Counted from the stretch's first letter, positions 44,618 to 55,169 are shown. The stretch: 64,000 nt of DNA from an uncultured Subdoligranulum sp. (GCF_963931595.1 NZ_OZ007030.1:548481-612480), one strand, 5' to 3'. The notes: generated by a model not told the origin, from the letters alone. Made by a program: numbers and translations.

Positions 44618-46030
44618 GTGCTGGAAAAGAACCAACGATACAAAAACATACTCAGCGGCCTGCTGGATGCGGTGCTGCTGTTTGCCGGTTTTCTGCTGGC
44701 CAACTATGTGCGCTTCAATTATGTCCGCTTCTTTGAGCCGGGCGGCGCCGGGCCGGCACTGGATGTAGCCCAGGATCCCCGCAACCTGCTGGCCGGTACG
44801 GTCACCTCACTGGTGCTGGTGCTGGTCTACTGGGTGGCGGGCATCTACAACAATTCCCGGATGCGCGGCCTTTCGGTGCGCTGCACCCGCATAGCCATCA
44901 TCAATGCGGGCGGCATCCTGGGCTTTGTCTTCATCCTTTATCTGATGCACTTGGACGACTACTCCCGTGTGGTGCTGGGCCTGTTCTACTGCTTCTCCAC
45001 CGCTCTGGTGGTCATCAAGCGGCTGATCCGCCGCTGGTATGACCGTGCCCGCCGCCGCAGGGGGCTGGGGCTGCGACATATCCTGCTGGTGGGCGGCGGC
45101 AAGTCGGCGGCTCTCTACCTGCGGGCACTGGAACACAACCCCTACTATGGTTTCACGGTGGACGGGTATCTCTCGCCTTTGGAGGAGCCGGGGCTGGGGG
45201 TGCCCTACTTCGGCGGTTACGACAAGCTGGATGAGTGCCTGGAAAATCCCGGCATTGACGAGGTGGTGGTAGCGCTGGAAGCCGACGAAATCCAGATGCT
45301 GCCCCGCACCTTTGCCGCCTGCGACAAGCACGGCACCCGCATCACCATGGTGCCCTTTTACAGTGATTATCTGCCGGCCCGTCCCACCATCGACGTGCTG
45401 GACGAATGCAAACTCATCAATGTGCGGCAGACCCCCTTTGACAATATCCTCAACGCCGCCGTCAAGCGCGGACTGGACATTGTGGGCAGCCTGATTCTCA
45501 TTGTGCTGACCAGCCCCGTGATGCTGGTCACGGCCATCGGCGTCAAGCTGTCCAGCCCCGGGCCGGTGATTTTCCGGCAGGAGCGGGTAGGGCTGAACAA
45601 GAAGCCCTTCATGATGTACAAGTTCCGCTCCATGCGGGTGAACGCCAAACAGCAGACCGGCTGGTCCACCGACTACGATCCCCGCAAGACGCGGTTCGGC
45701 AGCCTGATCCGCAAGTTCAGCCTGGACGAGCTGCCCCAGTTCTTCAACGTGCTGAAAGGGGATATGTCCCTGGTGGGACCGCGCCCCGAGGTGCCCTTCC
45801 ATGTGGAGCATTTCAAGGAGGAGATCCCCCGGTATCTGGTGCGGCAGCAGGTCCGCCCCGGCTGCACGGGCTGGGCGCAGATCCACGGCCTGCGGGGGGA
45901 CACCGACATTGCCGAGCGCATCCGCTATGATATCTGGTACATCGAGAACTGGACCGTGGCGCTGGATATCAAGATCATCTTCCGCACGGTGTTCGGCGGC
46001 AAGATGATCAACGACGAAAAAATACAGTGA
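44618..46030 (+). CDS. Priming undecaprenyl-phosphate glycosylphosphotransferase (WcaJ/CpsE-like)
   Basis: N-terminal TMs, KRGLDI, FRQERVG, MYKFRSM, LDELPQFFNVLKGDMSLVGPRPE, PGCTGWAQ, YDIWYIENW. Confidence 0.95.
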   Translation: MLEKNQRYKNILSGLLDAVLLFAGFLLANYVRFNYVRFFEPGGAGPALDVAQDPRNLLAGTVTSLVLVLVYWVAGIYNNSRMRGLSVRCTRIAIINAGGILGFVFILYLMHLDDYSRVVLGLFYCFSTALVVIKRLIRRWYDRARRRRGLGLRHILLVGGGKSAALYLRALEHNPYYGFTVDGYLSPLEEPGLGVPYFGGYDKLDECLENPGIDEVVVALEADEIQMLPRTFAACDKHGTRITMVPFYSDYLPARPTIDVLDECKLINVRQTPFDNILNAAVKRGLDIVGSLILIVLTSPVMLVTAIGVKLSSPGPVIFRQERVGLNKKPFMMYKFRSMRVNAKQQTGWSTDYDPRKTRFGSLIRKFSLDELPQFFNVLKGDMSLVGPRPEVPFHVEHFKEEIPRYLVRQQVRPGCTGWAQIHGLRGDTDIAERIRYDIWYIENWTVALDIKIIFRTVFGGKMINDEKIQ

Positions 46031-46056
46031 TCCCACTGGAAACCGGGTGAGAGTTT

Positions 46057-47211
46057 ATGAGCAAGACAGAACCGAAAGTTGCCATTGTACACGACTGGCT
46101 GGTGGCCTATGCCGGAGCCGACCGTGTGGTGGACTGCATGCACCATGTGTTCCCCAACGCAGTGATCTATACGCTGGTCTACGACGAGAAGAAGATGCCG
46201 GCCTGGTTCAAGGATTACGACATCCGCACCACCTGGGTGCAGAGGATTCCCTTTGCCACCCGGATTTATAAAAATCTGCTGCCGCTGATGCCCGGTGCCT
46301 TCGAGGCGCTGGACCTGTCGGAGTATGATCTGGTGCTGTCCTCCTCGTCCTCCTGCGCCAAGGGGGTCATCACCCGGCCGGACGCGGTACATATCTGCTA
46401 CTGCCATACGCCCACCCGCTATGTGTGGGATTTCTACTACACCTACCGGGACAACGCCAACTGGCTGGTGAAAGCCGTCATGCCCCACCAGATCCACAAG
46501 ATGCGTGTCTGGGACAAGTGTGCCGCCGACCGGGTGGATTATTTTATCGCCAACTCCCACTACATTGCCCAGCGCATCAAAAAGTACTATCGCCGGGACA
46601 GCGACGTGATCTATCCCTGCTGCCACATCAATGAGGCACCCTTCGTGAAGAAGGAGGACTTCTATCTGGTGGTGGGCCGCCTGACCTGGTACAAGCGGGT
46701 GGACCTGGCGGTGGCCGCCTGCACCAAGCTGGGCAAGCGGCTCGTCGTCATTGGCGGCGGCGGGGAGGAGGGCAAGCTCAAGGCCATGGCCGGGCCCACC
46801 ATTGAATTCAAGGGCGGCGGCCTCAGCGACGAGGAGGTGCGCGGGTACTACCTGCGGGCCAAGGCGTTCCTCTTCCCCGGGGAGGAGGATTTCGGCATCA
46901 CGCCGGTGGAGGCTCAGTCGGCGGGCACGCCGGTGCTGGCCTACGGCCGCGGCGGCGCCTGCGAGACAGTGCTGCCCGGCAAGACCGGCTACTGGTTCCA
47001 CGAGCAGACGCCCGACAGCCTGATGCGCTGCATCGAAGTGTTCGAGCGGGACGGCGTGGCCTACACCAAGGAAGAGATCCGGGAACACAGCCGCTCTTTC
47101 AGCGAAGCGCGGTTTGAGAAGGAGCTGGGAGAATACTGCGCCCGGCGCATGGCAGACTGGCAGCAGGAACTGCTGGACTGCTCCCACTGGCAGAAGGAGG
47201 AAATGGATTGA
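46057..47211 (+). CDS. GT4 glycosyltransferase (WbaZ-like)
   Basis: AIVHDWL, DLVLSSS, CYCHTPTRYVWD, EEDFGITPVEAQSAG. Confidence 0.9.
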   Translation: MSKTEPKVAIVHDWLVAYAGADRVVDCMHHVFPNAVIYTLVYDEKKMPAWFKDYDIRTTWVQRIPFATRIYKNLLPLMPGAFEALDLSEYDLVLSSSSSCAKGVITRPDAVHICYCHTPTRYVWDFYYTYRDNANWLVKAVMPHQIHKMRVWDKCAADRVDYFIANSHYIAQRIKKYYRRDSDVIYPCCHINEAPFVKKEDFYLVVGRLTWYKRVDLAVAACTKLGKRLVVIGGGGEEGKLKAMAGPTIEFKGGGLSDEEVRGYYLRAKAFLFPGEEDFGITPVEAQSAGTPVLAYGRGGACETVLPGKTGYWFHEQTPDSLMRCIEVFERDGVAYTKEEIREHSRSFSEARFEKELGEYCARRMADWQQELLDCSHWQKEEMD

Positions 47212-48260
47212 ACCCCATTGTCATCAACGGCACCGTGCTGTGCGACAACATCACCGGCATCCCGCGCTACGTGTATGAGACGGTCACCCGGCTGGACACC
47301 CTGCTGGAGGGGACCGGCCTGGATGTGCGCATCGCCTACCGGGACGACGGCCGTCCCATCCACCTGCCGGAACTGAAAAACATCCGGCTGGTGCCCCTCA
47401 AGGCGGTGAAGTATTTTTACAACATGGCGGTGCTGCCGGCCTATCTGCGGCGCAACCACGCCTTCTTTGTGGGGCTGGCCAGCGATATGCTCATGACCCG
47501 CCGCAGCGTGGTGGTGCTGCACGACATCCGCCCGCTGGTGATGGATACCGACCGGGGCTTTTTCCGGTTCAAGTTCTGGGTACACTGCCTGTCCACCAAA
47601 TGGTTCGCCCAGAAGGTGTACACCGTCAGTGAGGACCAGCGCCGGCTCATCAGCGACAAGCTGGGCATTCCCCTGGACAAGATCGGGGTGACCTACAACG
47701 GCTGGGAGCACATGAAGCAGGTGACCCCTGACGAGAGCATCTTCGACAAGCTGCCCGGCGTGACGAAAGGGGAATACTTCTACGCCCTGGGGAGTCTGGC
47801 CAAGCACAAGAACTTCAAGTGGATCCGGGAGGTGGCCCGCCGCAATCCCGACAAGACTTTTGTGGTGGCGGGGGGCAAGGACCTGCGGGCCTTCGGTGAC
47901 GATGCCGAGGCCAGGGACACGGCCAACGTGTTTTATCCGGGCTATGTCAGCGACGCCGAGAATGCGGCGCTGATGCAGAACTGCAAGCTGTTTCTCCATC
48001 CGGCTGTTTTCGAGGGCTTCGGCATTCCGCCGCTGGAAGCGCTGGCCCTGGGGGCGCCCATCGCCCTGGCCCGGGCCAGTTGCCTGCCGGAACTGTACGG
48101 CGACACCGCCCGCTACTTTGACCCCTACGATTACGAGGTGGATCTGGACGCCCTGGCGGCCCAGCCGGTGGCTCCGCCCGACAAAGTGCTGGAAAAGTAC
48201 AGCTGGGACAAGACGGCGGCCTTCTGGCTGGAACAGATCAAACGGTACGCGGCGCAGTAA
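47208..48260 (+). CDS. GT4 glycosyltransferase (MtfB-like)
   Basis: TGIPRY, LHDI, GSLAKHKN, FEGFGIPPLEAL. Confidence 0.9.
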   Translation: MNPIVINGTVLCDNITGIPRYVYETVTRLDTLLEGTGLDVRIAYRDDGRPIHLPELKNIRLVPLKAVKYFYNMAVLPAYLRRNHAFFVGLASDMLMTRRSVVVLHDIRPLVMDTDRGFFRFKFWVHCLSTKWFAQKVYTVSEDQRRLISDKLGIPLDKIGVTYNGWEHMKQVTPDESIFDKLPGVTKGEYFYALGSLAKHKNFKWIREVARRNPDKTFVVAGGKDLRAFGDDAEARDTANVFYPGYVSDAENAALMQNCKLFLHPAVFEGFGIPPLEALALGAPIALARASCLPELYGDTARYFDPYDYEVDLDALAAQPVAPPDKVLEKYSWDKTAAFWLEQIKRYAAQ

Positions 48261-48303
48261 TCTTCTGGTTCGCCGGACCCAAAGGGAAGGATAGAAAATC
48301 GGT

Positions 48304-50703
48304 ATGATCATTGCGGCATTGCTGACGACGGCGCTGATGGCGCTGCTCTTCGGGCTGCTGCCGGCGGGCCTCGCCGGGCAGCAGATCCGGGGACGGGATC
48401 TGGGCTGGACCATCGGCCTCTGGCTGGTGGTCTGGCTGTTTGCGCTGTGCGCCTACCACCGCCCCGGCATCACGGTGGGCTTTGACGGGTTCCGCCTGGC
48501 GGCCCTCACGGCCATGACCGGCTGGGCAGGGCTCTGCACAGCAGGGCTCCGCCACTTCGGACGCCGGGGCGCCAGGTTCGTGCTGCCGCTGCTGGCAGTG
48601 CTGGCGGCCGGCACGGAACTGTTTGTCTGCAATGTGACCTACTTCAACACCCACAGCTATGAGCCGTTCCAGCTCATGGACTATCTGGACCCCAACGTCA
48701 ATGTGGAGCGGGGCAACGGAACCATCTCCCTGGAGGAGGGGCGCACCTACCTGCGTTTTCTCGACGTGGACCGGCCTGTCTACAACCTTCACCTGGACAA
48801 CCTCACCAACGACGACACTGACCCGCTCCACGCGGACAGTGCCTTTACCTTTGCCGTGGAGGGCACCGACGAGGCCAACAGTCAGCTGGTCCGTTTCGGC
48901 AGCTGGGAAGTGGCGCCCCAGGCGGCGCGCACCCACACCATCAGCCTGGACCTGACCGGCAACGTGGGCATGCTGGTGCTGCAGGCCAGCGGGTACACCA
49001 GCACCTATGCCCAGTATCCGGTGGCCTTTACCGTCACCGGCATCACGGCCAACATGCCCCGGCCGCTGCAGTTTTCCCTGCTGCGGTTCGCCGCGCTGTG
49101 GCTGCTCTTCGGAAGCGTCTATCTGCTGCGGCCCCGCAGCGGACTGTGGCAGCGCCGCTGGCTGGCGGGCAACCTCTGTGACCGCGCCGCCGCCACCGTG
49201 CTGGGCTTGATTCTGGCGGCCTTTGTGGTGGTGGTACCCTTCTGGGAACCCGGCAATTCCGGGCTGGCCACCGCCACCTACAACACCGGCTTCTGGGACG
49301 GGGAGAGCACCGTCAGTTTTGTCTACCAGCAGTACGGCGCGCTGGCCCACAGCCTGCTCAACGGCCGCCTCGACCTGGAGGAGGACCCGCCCGCGGAACT
49401 GCTGGCCATGGACAACCCCTACGACGCCTCCGCCCGAGACGCGCTGAACATCCAGGGCGGCCGCTGGGACCATGCCTTTTATAACGGGCGGTATTACGTC
49501 TATTTCGGCATTGTGCCCTGTCTGCTGTTCCAGCTTCCCTTTGAAGCCATTACCGGCATCCAGAATCTGGCCTATGCCCCCTGTATGGTGATCCTGGGCC
49601 TGGTGTTCCTGATCAGCTGCTACGGAATTTTGAGCCAGGTGGTGCGCCGCTGGTTCCCCCAGGCATCAACCGCTGCCTACCTGCTTTGCGTGGCGGCGCT
49701 GGTGCTGGGCAGTCAGCTGTATTCGCTCTTGATCCGCCCCTATATTTATGAGTACGCCATCCTGTGCGGCGCAGCCCTGCTGATGTTGGGGCTGTGGCTC
49801 TGGCTGGCAGCCGCCAGTACGCCGGTCAACCACAGGGGGGTGCTCACGGTGCGGCTTGTCTTTGGCAGCCTGTGTGTGGCACTGGTGGCCGGGTGCCGTC
49901 CCCAGATGGAACTGTTCGCCCTGCTGGCGCTGCCCATCTTCTGGAACCGCTACATCGTCCACGGACGGCTGCGCAGCCGTGCCGGCGTGCGGGAGGCGGT
50001 GGCCTTCCTGCTGCCCGTTGTGGTGGTGGCCGCGGGCCTGATGTGGTATAACTATGCCCGCTTTGGTTCTCCCTTTGATTTCGGTGCCACCTACAATATT
50101 ACCGGCAATGATATGACCAAGCGCGGCTTCAATGTGGTGCGCATCGGTCCGGCGATTTTCACCAGCCTGCTGGATCTGCCCCGTCTGCAGAGTGTATTTC
50201 CCTATCTGCAGGAGACCGATGTGTCCACCAATGCGGTCATTCTGACCATCAGCGAAAAATTCTGCGGCGGCATGCTGGCAGCCACCCCCTTTACCTGGGC
50301 GCTGCTGCTGCCGGCGCTGCCGCTGGCACGGCGCAGCCTGCACCGCCGCCGGGGCGCGGCGGCCATCGTCTACGGTTCTGTGGCGGCCATGGTGCTGATT
50401 ACGGTGGTGGACTGCCAGATGGCCGGCGTGCTCTACCGGTATCTGATGGATTACAGCCCGGTGCTGCTGCTGGGCGCGGCGATCTGCTGGCTGCTGGCTG
50501 ATACAACCCTGGCCCGGCGGGCCGCGGGGGGCGAGGCTCTGGCCGTCTCGCTGCTGCCGGTGCTGCGCATCGGTATGGCGGCAGCCCTGGCGTGGAGCGT
50601 TGTGTATCGTTTCTGCACTTTGTTTGCGATGGAACCCTGGCTGCAGGGGATGAACCCGTCGCTGTATTATACGGTGAACCGTCTGGTTCAGTTCTGGATG
50701 TAA
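48304..50703 (+). CDS. Large polytopic membrane protein, probable GT-C glycosyltransferase with an extracytoplasmic domain
   Basis: Many TMs; YGALAHSLLNG, WDHAFYNGRYYVYFG, YEYAI, GCRP, YNYARFGSPFDFG; context among GTs. Confidence 0.62.
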   Translation: MIIAALLTTALMALLFGLLPAGLAGQQIRGRDLGWTIGLWLVVWLFALCAYHRPGITVGFDGFRLAALTAMTGWAGLCTAGLRHFGRRGARFVLPLLAVLAAGTELFVCNVTYFNTHSYEPFQLMDYLDPNVNVERGNGTISLEEGRTYLRFLDVDRPVYNLHLDNLTNDDTDPLHADSAFTFAVEGTDEANSQLVRFGSWEVAPQAARTHTISLDLTGNVGMLVLQASGYTSTYAQYPVAFTVTGITANMPRPLQFSLLRFAALWLLFGSVYLLRPRSGLWQRRWLAGNLCDRAAATVLGLILAAFVVVVPFWEPGNSGLATATYNTGFWDGESTVSFVYQQYGALAHSLLNGRLDLEEDPPAELLAMDNPYDASARDALNIQGGRWDHAFYNGRYYVYFGIVPCLLFQLPFEAITGIQNLAYAPCMVILGLVFLISCYGILSQVVRRWFPQASTAAYLLCVAALVLGSQLYSLLIRPYIYEYAILCGAALLMLGLWLWLAAASTPVNHRGVLTVRLVFGSLCVALVAGCRPQMELFALLALPIFWNRYIVHGRLRSRAGVREAVAFLLPVVVVAAGLMWYNYARFGSPFDFGATYNITGNDMTKRGFNVVRIGPAIFTSLLDLPRLQSVFPYLQETDVSTNAVILTISEKFCGGMLAATPFTWALLLPALPLARRSLHRRRGAAAIVYGSVAAMVLITVVDCQMAGVLYRYLMDYSPVLLLGAAICWLLADTTLARRAAGGEALAVSLLPVLRIGMAAALAWSVVYRFCTLFAMEPWLQGMNPSLYYTVNRLVQFWM

Positions 50704-50725
50704 AGGCAAGAAAGAGAGGTCCGCG

Positions 50726-51667
50726 GTGATGGACAAAATTGCGGTTTTGATTCCCTGCTACAACGAGGCCAAAACGGTGGAAAAGGTGGTCACGGATTTC
50801 CGTCGGGTGCTGCCCGAGGCCACCATCTATGTATACGACAATAACTCCACCGACGGCACCGCGGAACTGGCGGCCGCTGCCGGTGCGGTGGTGCGGCATG
50901 AATACCAGCAGGGCAAGGGCAACGTCATGCGCCGGATGTTCCGGGAGATCGATGCCGAAGCCTACGTGCTGGTGGACGGGGACGACACCTATCCCGCCGA
51001 GGCCGCGCCCGAGATGGTGCGCGCCGTCACCCAGCGCCAGGCAGACATGGTGGTGGGGGACCGTCTTTCCAGCACCTACTACACCCAGAACAAGCGCCCC
51101 TTCCACAACTTCGGCAACGATCTGGTGCGTTTCTGCACCAACCACCTGTTCGGCGGCAAGATCAAGGACATCATGACGGGCTACCGGGCGTTCAGCTACC
51201 AGTTTGTCAAAACCTACCCGGTACTCTCCCGGGGCTTTGAGATCGAGACCGAGATGACCATCCATGCCCTCCAGCGCAACATGCAGGTGGACAACGTGGT
51301 CATCGAATACCGCGACCGCCCCGAGGGTTCCGAGAGCAAACTCAACACCTACTCGGACGGCTTCAAGGTGTTGGGCACCATCCTGCGCCTCTTCAAGAAC
51401 TACCGTCCCTTCACCTTCTTCGGCGTGTTGGCGGCGGTGCTGGCGGTGTTCGGCATCGGGTTCATGATCCCGGTGCTCAACGAGTATTTCCACACCGGTC
51501 TCGTGCCCCGCTTCCCGACCCTCATCGTCTGCTGCTTCGTATTGGTGGCAGCCCTGCTTCTCTTTGTATCGGGCGTGATCCTCTCCAGCCAGCTGGCCAA
51601 GGACGCCCGGGACTTTGAATTCCAGCTTCAGACCGTGCAGCACTGGAAGCGCACGGCCGGGGAATGA
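50726..51667 (+). CDS. GT2 polyprenyl-phosphate glycosyltransferase (GtrB/DPM-synthase-like)
   Basis: IPCYNEA, DNNSTD, LVDGDDTY, DIMTGYR, GFEIETE; two C-terminal TMs. Confidence 0.9.
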   Translation: MMDKIAVLIPCYNEAKTVEKVVTDFRRVLPEATIYVYDNNSTDGTAELAAAAGAVVRHEYQQGKGNVMRRMFREIDAEAYVLVDGDDTYPAEAAPEMVRAVTQRQADMVVGDRLSSTYYTQNKRPFHNFGNDLVRFCTNHLFGGKIKDIMTGYRAFSYQFVKTYPVLSRGFEIETEMTIHALQRNMQVDNVVIEYRDRPEGSESKLNTYSDGFKVLGTILRLFKNYRPFTFFGVLAAVLAVFGIGFMIPVLNEYFHTGLVPRFPTLIVCCFVLVAALLLFVSGVILSSQLAKDARDFEFQLQTVQHWKRTAGE

Positions 51668-53997
51668 ACGCCACGGCCCGCACCCGGGCCTTCCTGAAGA
51701 TCCATCCGCTGTTCGGGGCGGTCTTCCTGGTGGAACTGCTGTTCCTGGCCGCTTTGGTGGCGGGGGCCTTCCGACCACTGGTGGAAGTCTCGGTGCCGCT
51801 GGACGGCATGACCCGGCAGGAGGACGGCAGCAGTGTGTCCCAGCCGGTGACGCTGCCTTCCGGCGGATACCGGGTCACGGTCAGTTATGAAGCGACCTAT
51901 CCACATGACCCCAACCGCGCCGACGACGGGACGGTAGCCACCTTGTCCTTCGCCTCGGCCCAAAACCCGGCGGCATTGCAAAGCGATGCCATCACCCTCA
52001 CCGGCAACCGCTCCACCGTGACGGCCCGGCTGTGGGTCGGCACGGCCGCCACGGTGGAGGATCTGACGCTGACGGTGACCGAGACCCCGGCGGAGGGGCA
52101 GCAGTTTTCCCTGCAGAGCGTGACGCTGACCGAACAGCCCATCTGGCGGGCAACCTCGCTGGTGGGCTGGCTGCTGCTGTTTGCGGTGGCCGACTGGCTG
52201 CTGAGCCTGCTCTTTTTAGGGGACAGCCCCCGGGCGCCCCGCTGCGGCTGGGGTGTGGTGTTGCTGGTGGCGGGCGGCATAGTGCTGGCCAGCCTGCCCT
52301 ATTGCGCCGATTTCCTGTACACCGGCCACGATCTGCGGTTCCACTGTTACCGTATCTGGGCGGTGGCCCAGGCGCTGGCCGACGGACAGTTCCCGGTGCG
52401 CCTTTTCACCGACGGCTTCAACGGTTACGGTGCGGCCACACCGCTGTATTACTGTGACCTGTTTTTGTATATCCCCGCCCTTTTGTACAACGCGTTTTTG
52501 CCCCTGCAGACCTGCTACCAGCTGTATGTGGTGCTGGTCAACGCCGCCACCATGCTGGCGGCCTACTACAGCTTTTCGCGCATCGGCGGGCATCGGCTAT
52601 ACGGCGCTGTGGCGGCCTTCGCCTACACGCTGTGCGCCTACCGGCTCACCAACCTGATGCTGCGCGGCTCGGTGGGGGAGTACACCGCCATGGTCTTTCT
52701 GCCGCTGGTGGCGCTGGGGGCCTGGGCCATTGCCCGGCAGGACCGCCCCGCTCCCCGGGACTGGCTGCCGCTGGCCTTAGGGATGGCGGGCATCGTCCAG
52801 AGCCATCTGCTCACCACCGAGCTGGCCGCCCTCTTTCTGGCGCTGTTCTGGCTGTGCAACCTGCCGGTAATGGTGCGCCCTGCCCGTCTGCTGGCCGCCT
52901 GCAAGGCGGTGGTGGTGGCTGTGGGGCTAAGCTGCTGGTTCCTGCTGCCCTGCCTGCAGACGCTCAAGAGCCAGAAGGTCATGATCAGCGATGTACATCC
53001 GTCGCCGCTGCAGTCCACCGGCACCTATCTGATCCAGCTGCTGGGATTTTTCGGCACAGCGGGGGGCAGTTCGGGGCCGGGTACCACCGGCGATATGCCG
53101 CTGACCATCGGTCTGGCGGGCTGTGTGGTGCTGGTGCTGGCGCTGTGGTGCTGTGTGCGGCGCGGGGCGTGGCAGCACACCCTGGAAAGCCGCAACCGCT
53201 GGCTGGGGTTGCGGGGCAGCCTGGCGCTCTGCCTGCTGGCTCTGTGGCTGTCCACCACGTCCTTCCCCTGGGACTGGCTGGCCAACAAACTGCCCCAGAC
53301 CCTGGTGGATATATTGCTCAAGCCCCAGTTCAGCTGGCGCTATCTGGCGGTGGCGGTGGTGCTGCTGGGGGTCATCACGGTGACGGCCCTGCAGCTGGCG
53401 GAATCCGCCGCGCCGCGTCTGGCCCAAGGGATGGCGATTGCCGTTGTGGCGGCCACGCTGCTCTATGTAGGTGTCTTCTACAGTGAATATGCCTACCGGC
53501 AGGACACCATAACGCTGATCAGCACCGAGACCGTCACGGATTTCCCCTACGAAACCATGGGGTACGATTACCTGCCGGCCGGCGCGGATTTTGCCACCTT
53601 TGCAAGTTCGGAAGCCTCGGCGGAAAATCCCGGGGTGACGGTCTCCTGGCAGGAGAACGGCGTGCTGGAATGCGAGAACCCGTCGGCACAGGAGGCTGCT
53701 GTTGACCTGCCGCTGCTGGCCTACCAGCATTACACCGCTGTGGATACCGCCACCGGGCAGACGCTGCCCCTGACGGAGAACGAATCCCATTGCCTGCAGG
53801 TTACGGTGCCGGCCGGCTACCGGGGGACCGTGCAGGTACGCTATACGCCGCCGCTGCTCTGGCACGGGGCGGAAGCGGTCACCCTGGTAACGATTCTGGG
53901 GCTGCTGGGCTGGGCCGTGTATACGACCCGCCGCAGGCAGAGGCCCCTGCACCATACAACAGTACGGAAAGTTGAGGAGGAAACGGTTCATGTATGA
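51664..53997 (+). CDS. GT-C membrane protein (YfhO / PTPS-related family)
   Basis: GHDLRFH, YYCDLFLY, YRLTNLMLRGSVGE, QFSWRYL, LPLLAY, VRYTPP. Confidence 0.78.
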   Translation: MNATARTRAFLKIHPLFGAVFLVELLFLAALVAGAFRPLVEVSVPLDGMTRQEDGSSVSQPVTLPSGGYRVTVSYEATYPHDPNRADDGTVATLSFASAQNPAALQSDAITLTGNRSTVTARLWVGTAATVEDLTLTVTETPAEGQQFSLQSVTLTEQPIWRATSLVGWLLLFAVADWLLSLLFLGDSPRAPRCGWGVVLLVAGGIVLASLPYCADFLYTGHDLRFHCYRIWAVAQALADGQFPVRLFTDGFNGYGAATPLYYCDLFLYIPALLYNAFLPLQTCYQLYVVLVNAATMLAAYYSFSRIGGHRLYGAVAAFAYTLCAYRLTNLMLRGSVGEYTAMVFLPLVALGAWAIARQDRPAPRDWLPLALGMAGIVQSHLLTTELAALFLALFWLCNLPVMVRPARLLAACKAVVVAVGLSCWFLLPCLQTLKSQKVMISDVHPSPLQSTGTYLIQLLGFFGTAGGSSGPGTTGDMPLTIGLAGCVVLVLALWCCVRRGAWQHTLESRNRWLGLRGSLALCLLALWLSTTSFPWDWLANKLPQTLVDILLKPQFSWRYLAVAVVLLGVITVTALQLAESAAPRLAQGMAIAVVAATLLYVGVFYSEYAYRQDTITLISTETVTDFPYETMGYDYLPAGADFATFASSEASAENPGVTVSWQENGVLECENPSAQEAAVDLPLLAYQHYTAVDTATGQTLPLTENESHCLQVTVPAGYRGTVQVRYTPPLLWHGAEAVTLVTILGLLGWAVYTTRRRQRPLHHTTVRKVEEETVHV

Positions 53998-55096
53998 TTA
54001 TCTGATTGTGGGCACCGGTCTTTTCGGCGCGGTATTTGCCCACGAGGCGACGGCGGCCGGCAAGCGCTGCCTGGTCATCGACAAGCGGGACCACATCGCC
54101 GGCAACATCTACACCGAGGACATCGAGGGCATCGCCGTGCACCGTTATGGCGCTCATATCTTCCACACCAACAACAAGGAGGTGTGGGACTACGTCAACC
54201 GGTTTGCCACCTTCAACCGCTACACCAATTCCCCGGTGGCCAACTACAAGGGCGAGCTGTACAACATGCCCTTCAACATGAACACCTTCAACAAGATGTG
54301 GGGCGTCATCACGCCGGCCCAGGCCCAGGCCAAGATCGAGGAGCAGCGGGCCGCCCACTACACCGAGCATCCCCGCAACCTGGAGGAGCAGGCCATCAAC
54401 CTGGTGGGCATGGACATCTACGAAAAGCTCATCAAGGGCTATACCGAAAAGCAGTGGGGCCGTCCCTGCACGGCGCTGCCGGCCTTCATCATCAAGCGGC
54501 TGCCGGTGCGTTTCACCTTTGACAACAACTATTTCAACGCCCTGTACCAGGGCATTCCCGTGGAAGGGTACACGGCGCTGGTGGCTAACCTTCTGCAGGG
54601 CATCGAGGTGCGGCTGAACACCGATTACCTCAAGGACCGCGCCGCCCTGGATGCACTGGCTTCCAAGGTGGTCTATACCGGCCCCATCGACGCCTACTTC
54701 GATTACAAGCTGGGGGCTCTTCAGTACCGCAGCGTCCGGTTTGAGACCGAAACGCTGGACATGCCCAACTACCAGGGCAACGCGGTCATCAACTACACTG
54801 ATGCCGAGACCCCCTACACCCGCATCATTGAGCACAAGCATTTTGTCTTCGGCTCCACCGAGCCGGGCACCAAGACGGTGATCAGCCGGGAGTATTCCGC
54901 CGAGTGGAAACCGGGCGACGAGCCCTACTACCCGGTGAACGACGAGGCCAACGGCGCACTGTATGCCAGGTACAAGGAGCTGGCCGATGCCCAGCCCAAC
55001 GTGCTGTTCGGCGGCCGTCTGGGCGAGTACAAGTACTACGACATGGACCGCGTCATCGAGGTGGCGCTGGACCGGGTACGGGCCGAACTGGGCTGA
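53990..55096 (+). CDS. glf: UDP-galactopyranose mutase
   Basis: GTGLFG, HIAGN, YGAHIFHT, GYTEKQWG, TRIIEHKHF, EPYYP, GRLGEYKYYDM. Confidence 0.97.
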   Translation: MYDYLIVGTGLFGAVFAHEATAAGKRCLVIDKRDHIAGNIYTEDIEGIAVHRYGAHIFHTNNKEVWDYVNRFATFNRYTNSPVANYKGELYNMPFNMNTFNKMWGVITPAQAQAKIEEQRAAHYTEHPRNLEEQAINLVGMDIYEKLIKGYTEKQWGRPCTALPAFIIKRLPVRFTFDNNYFNALYQGIPVEGYTALVANLLQGIEVRLNTDYLKDRAALDALASKVVYTGPIDAYFDYKLGALQYRSVRFETETLDMPNYQGNAVINYTDAETPYTRIIEHKHFVFGSTEPGTKTVISREYSAEWKPGDEPYYPVNDEANGALYARYKELADAQPNVLFGGRLGEYKYYDMDRVIEVALDRVRAELG

Positions 55097-55101
55097 TGTA
55101 A

Positions 55102-55144
55102 AAAATACCGCAGAGCCGCCGCAGCGCGGACCTGCGGTATTTTT
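55102..55144 (+). terminator. Terminator ending the glycosylation operon
   Basis: AAAATACCGCAG/CTGCGGTATTTT IR. Confidence 0.8.
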
Positions 55145-55169
55145 GCTGACCGGCGCCGGGGCTGCTGCC

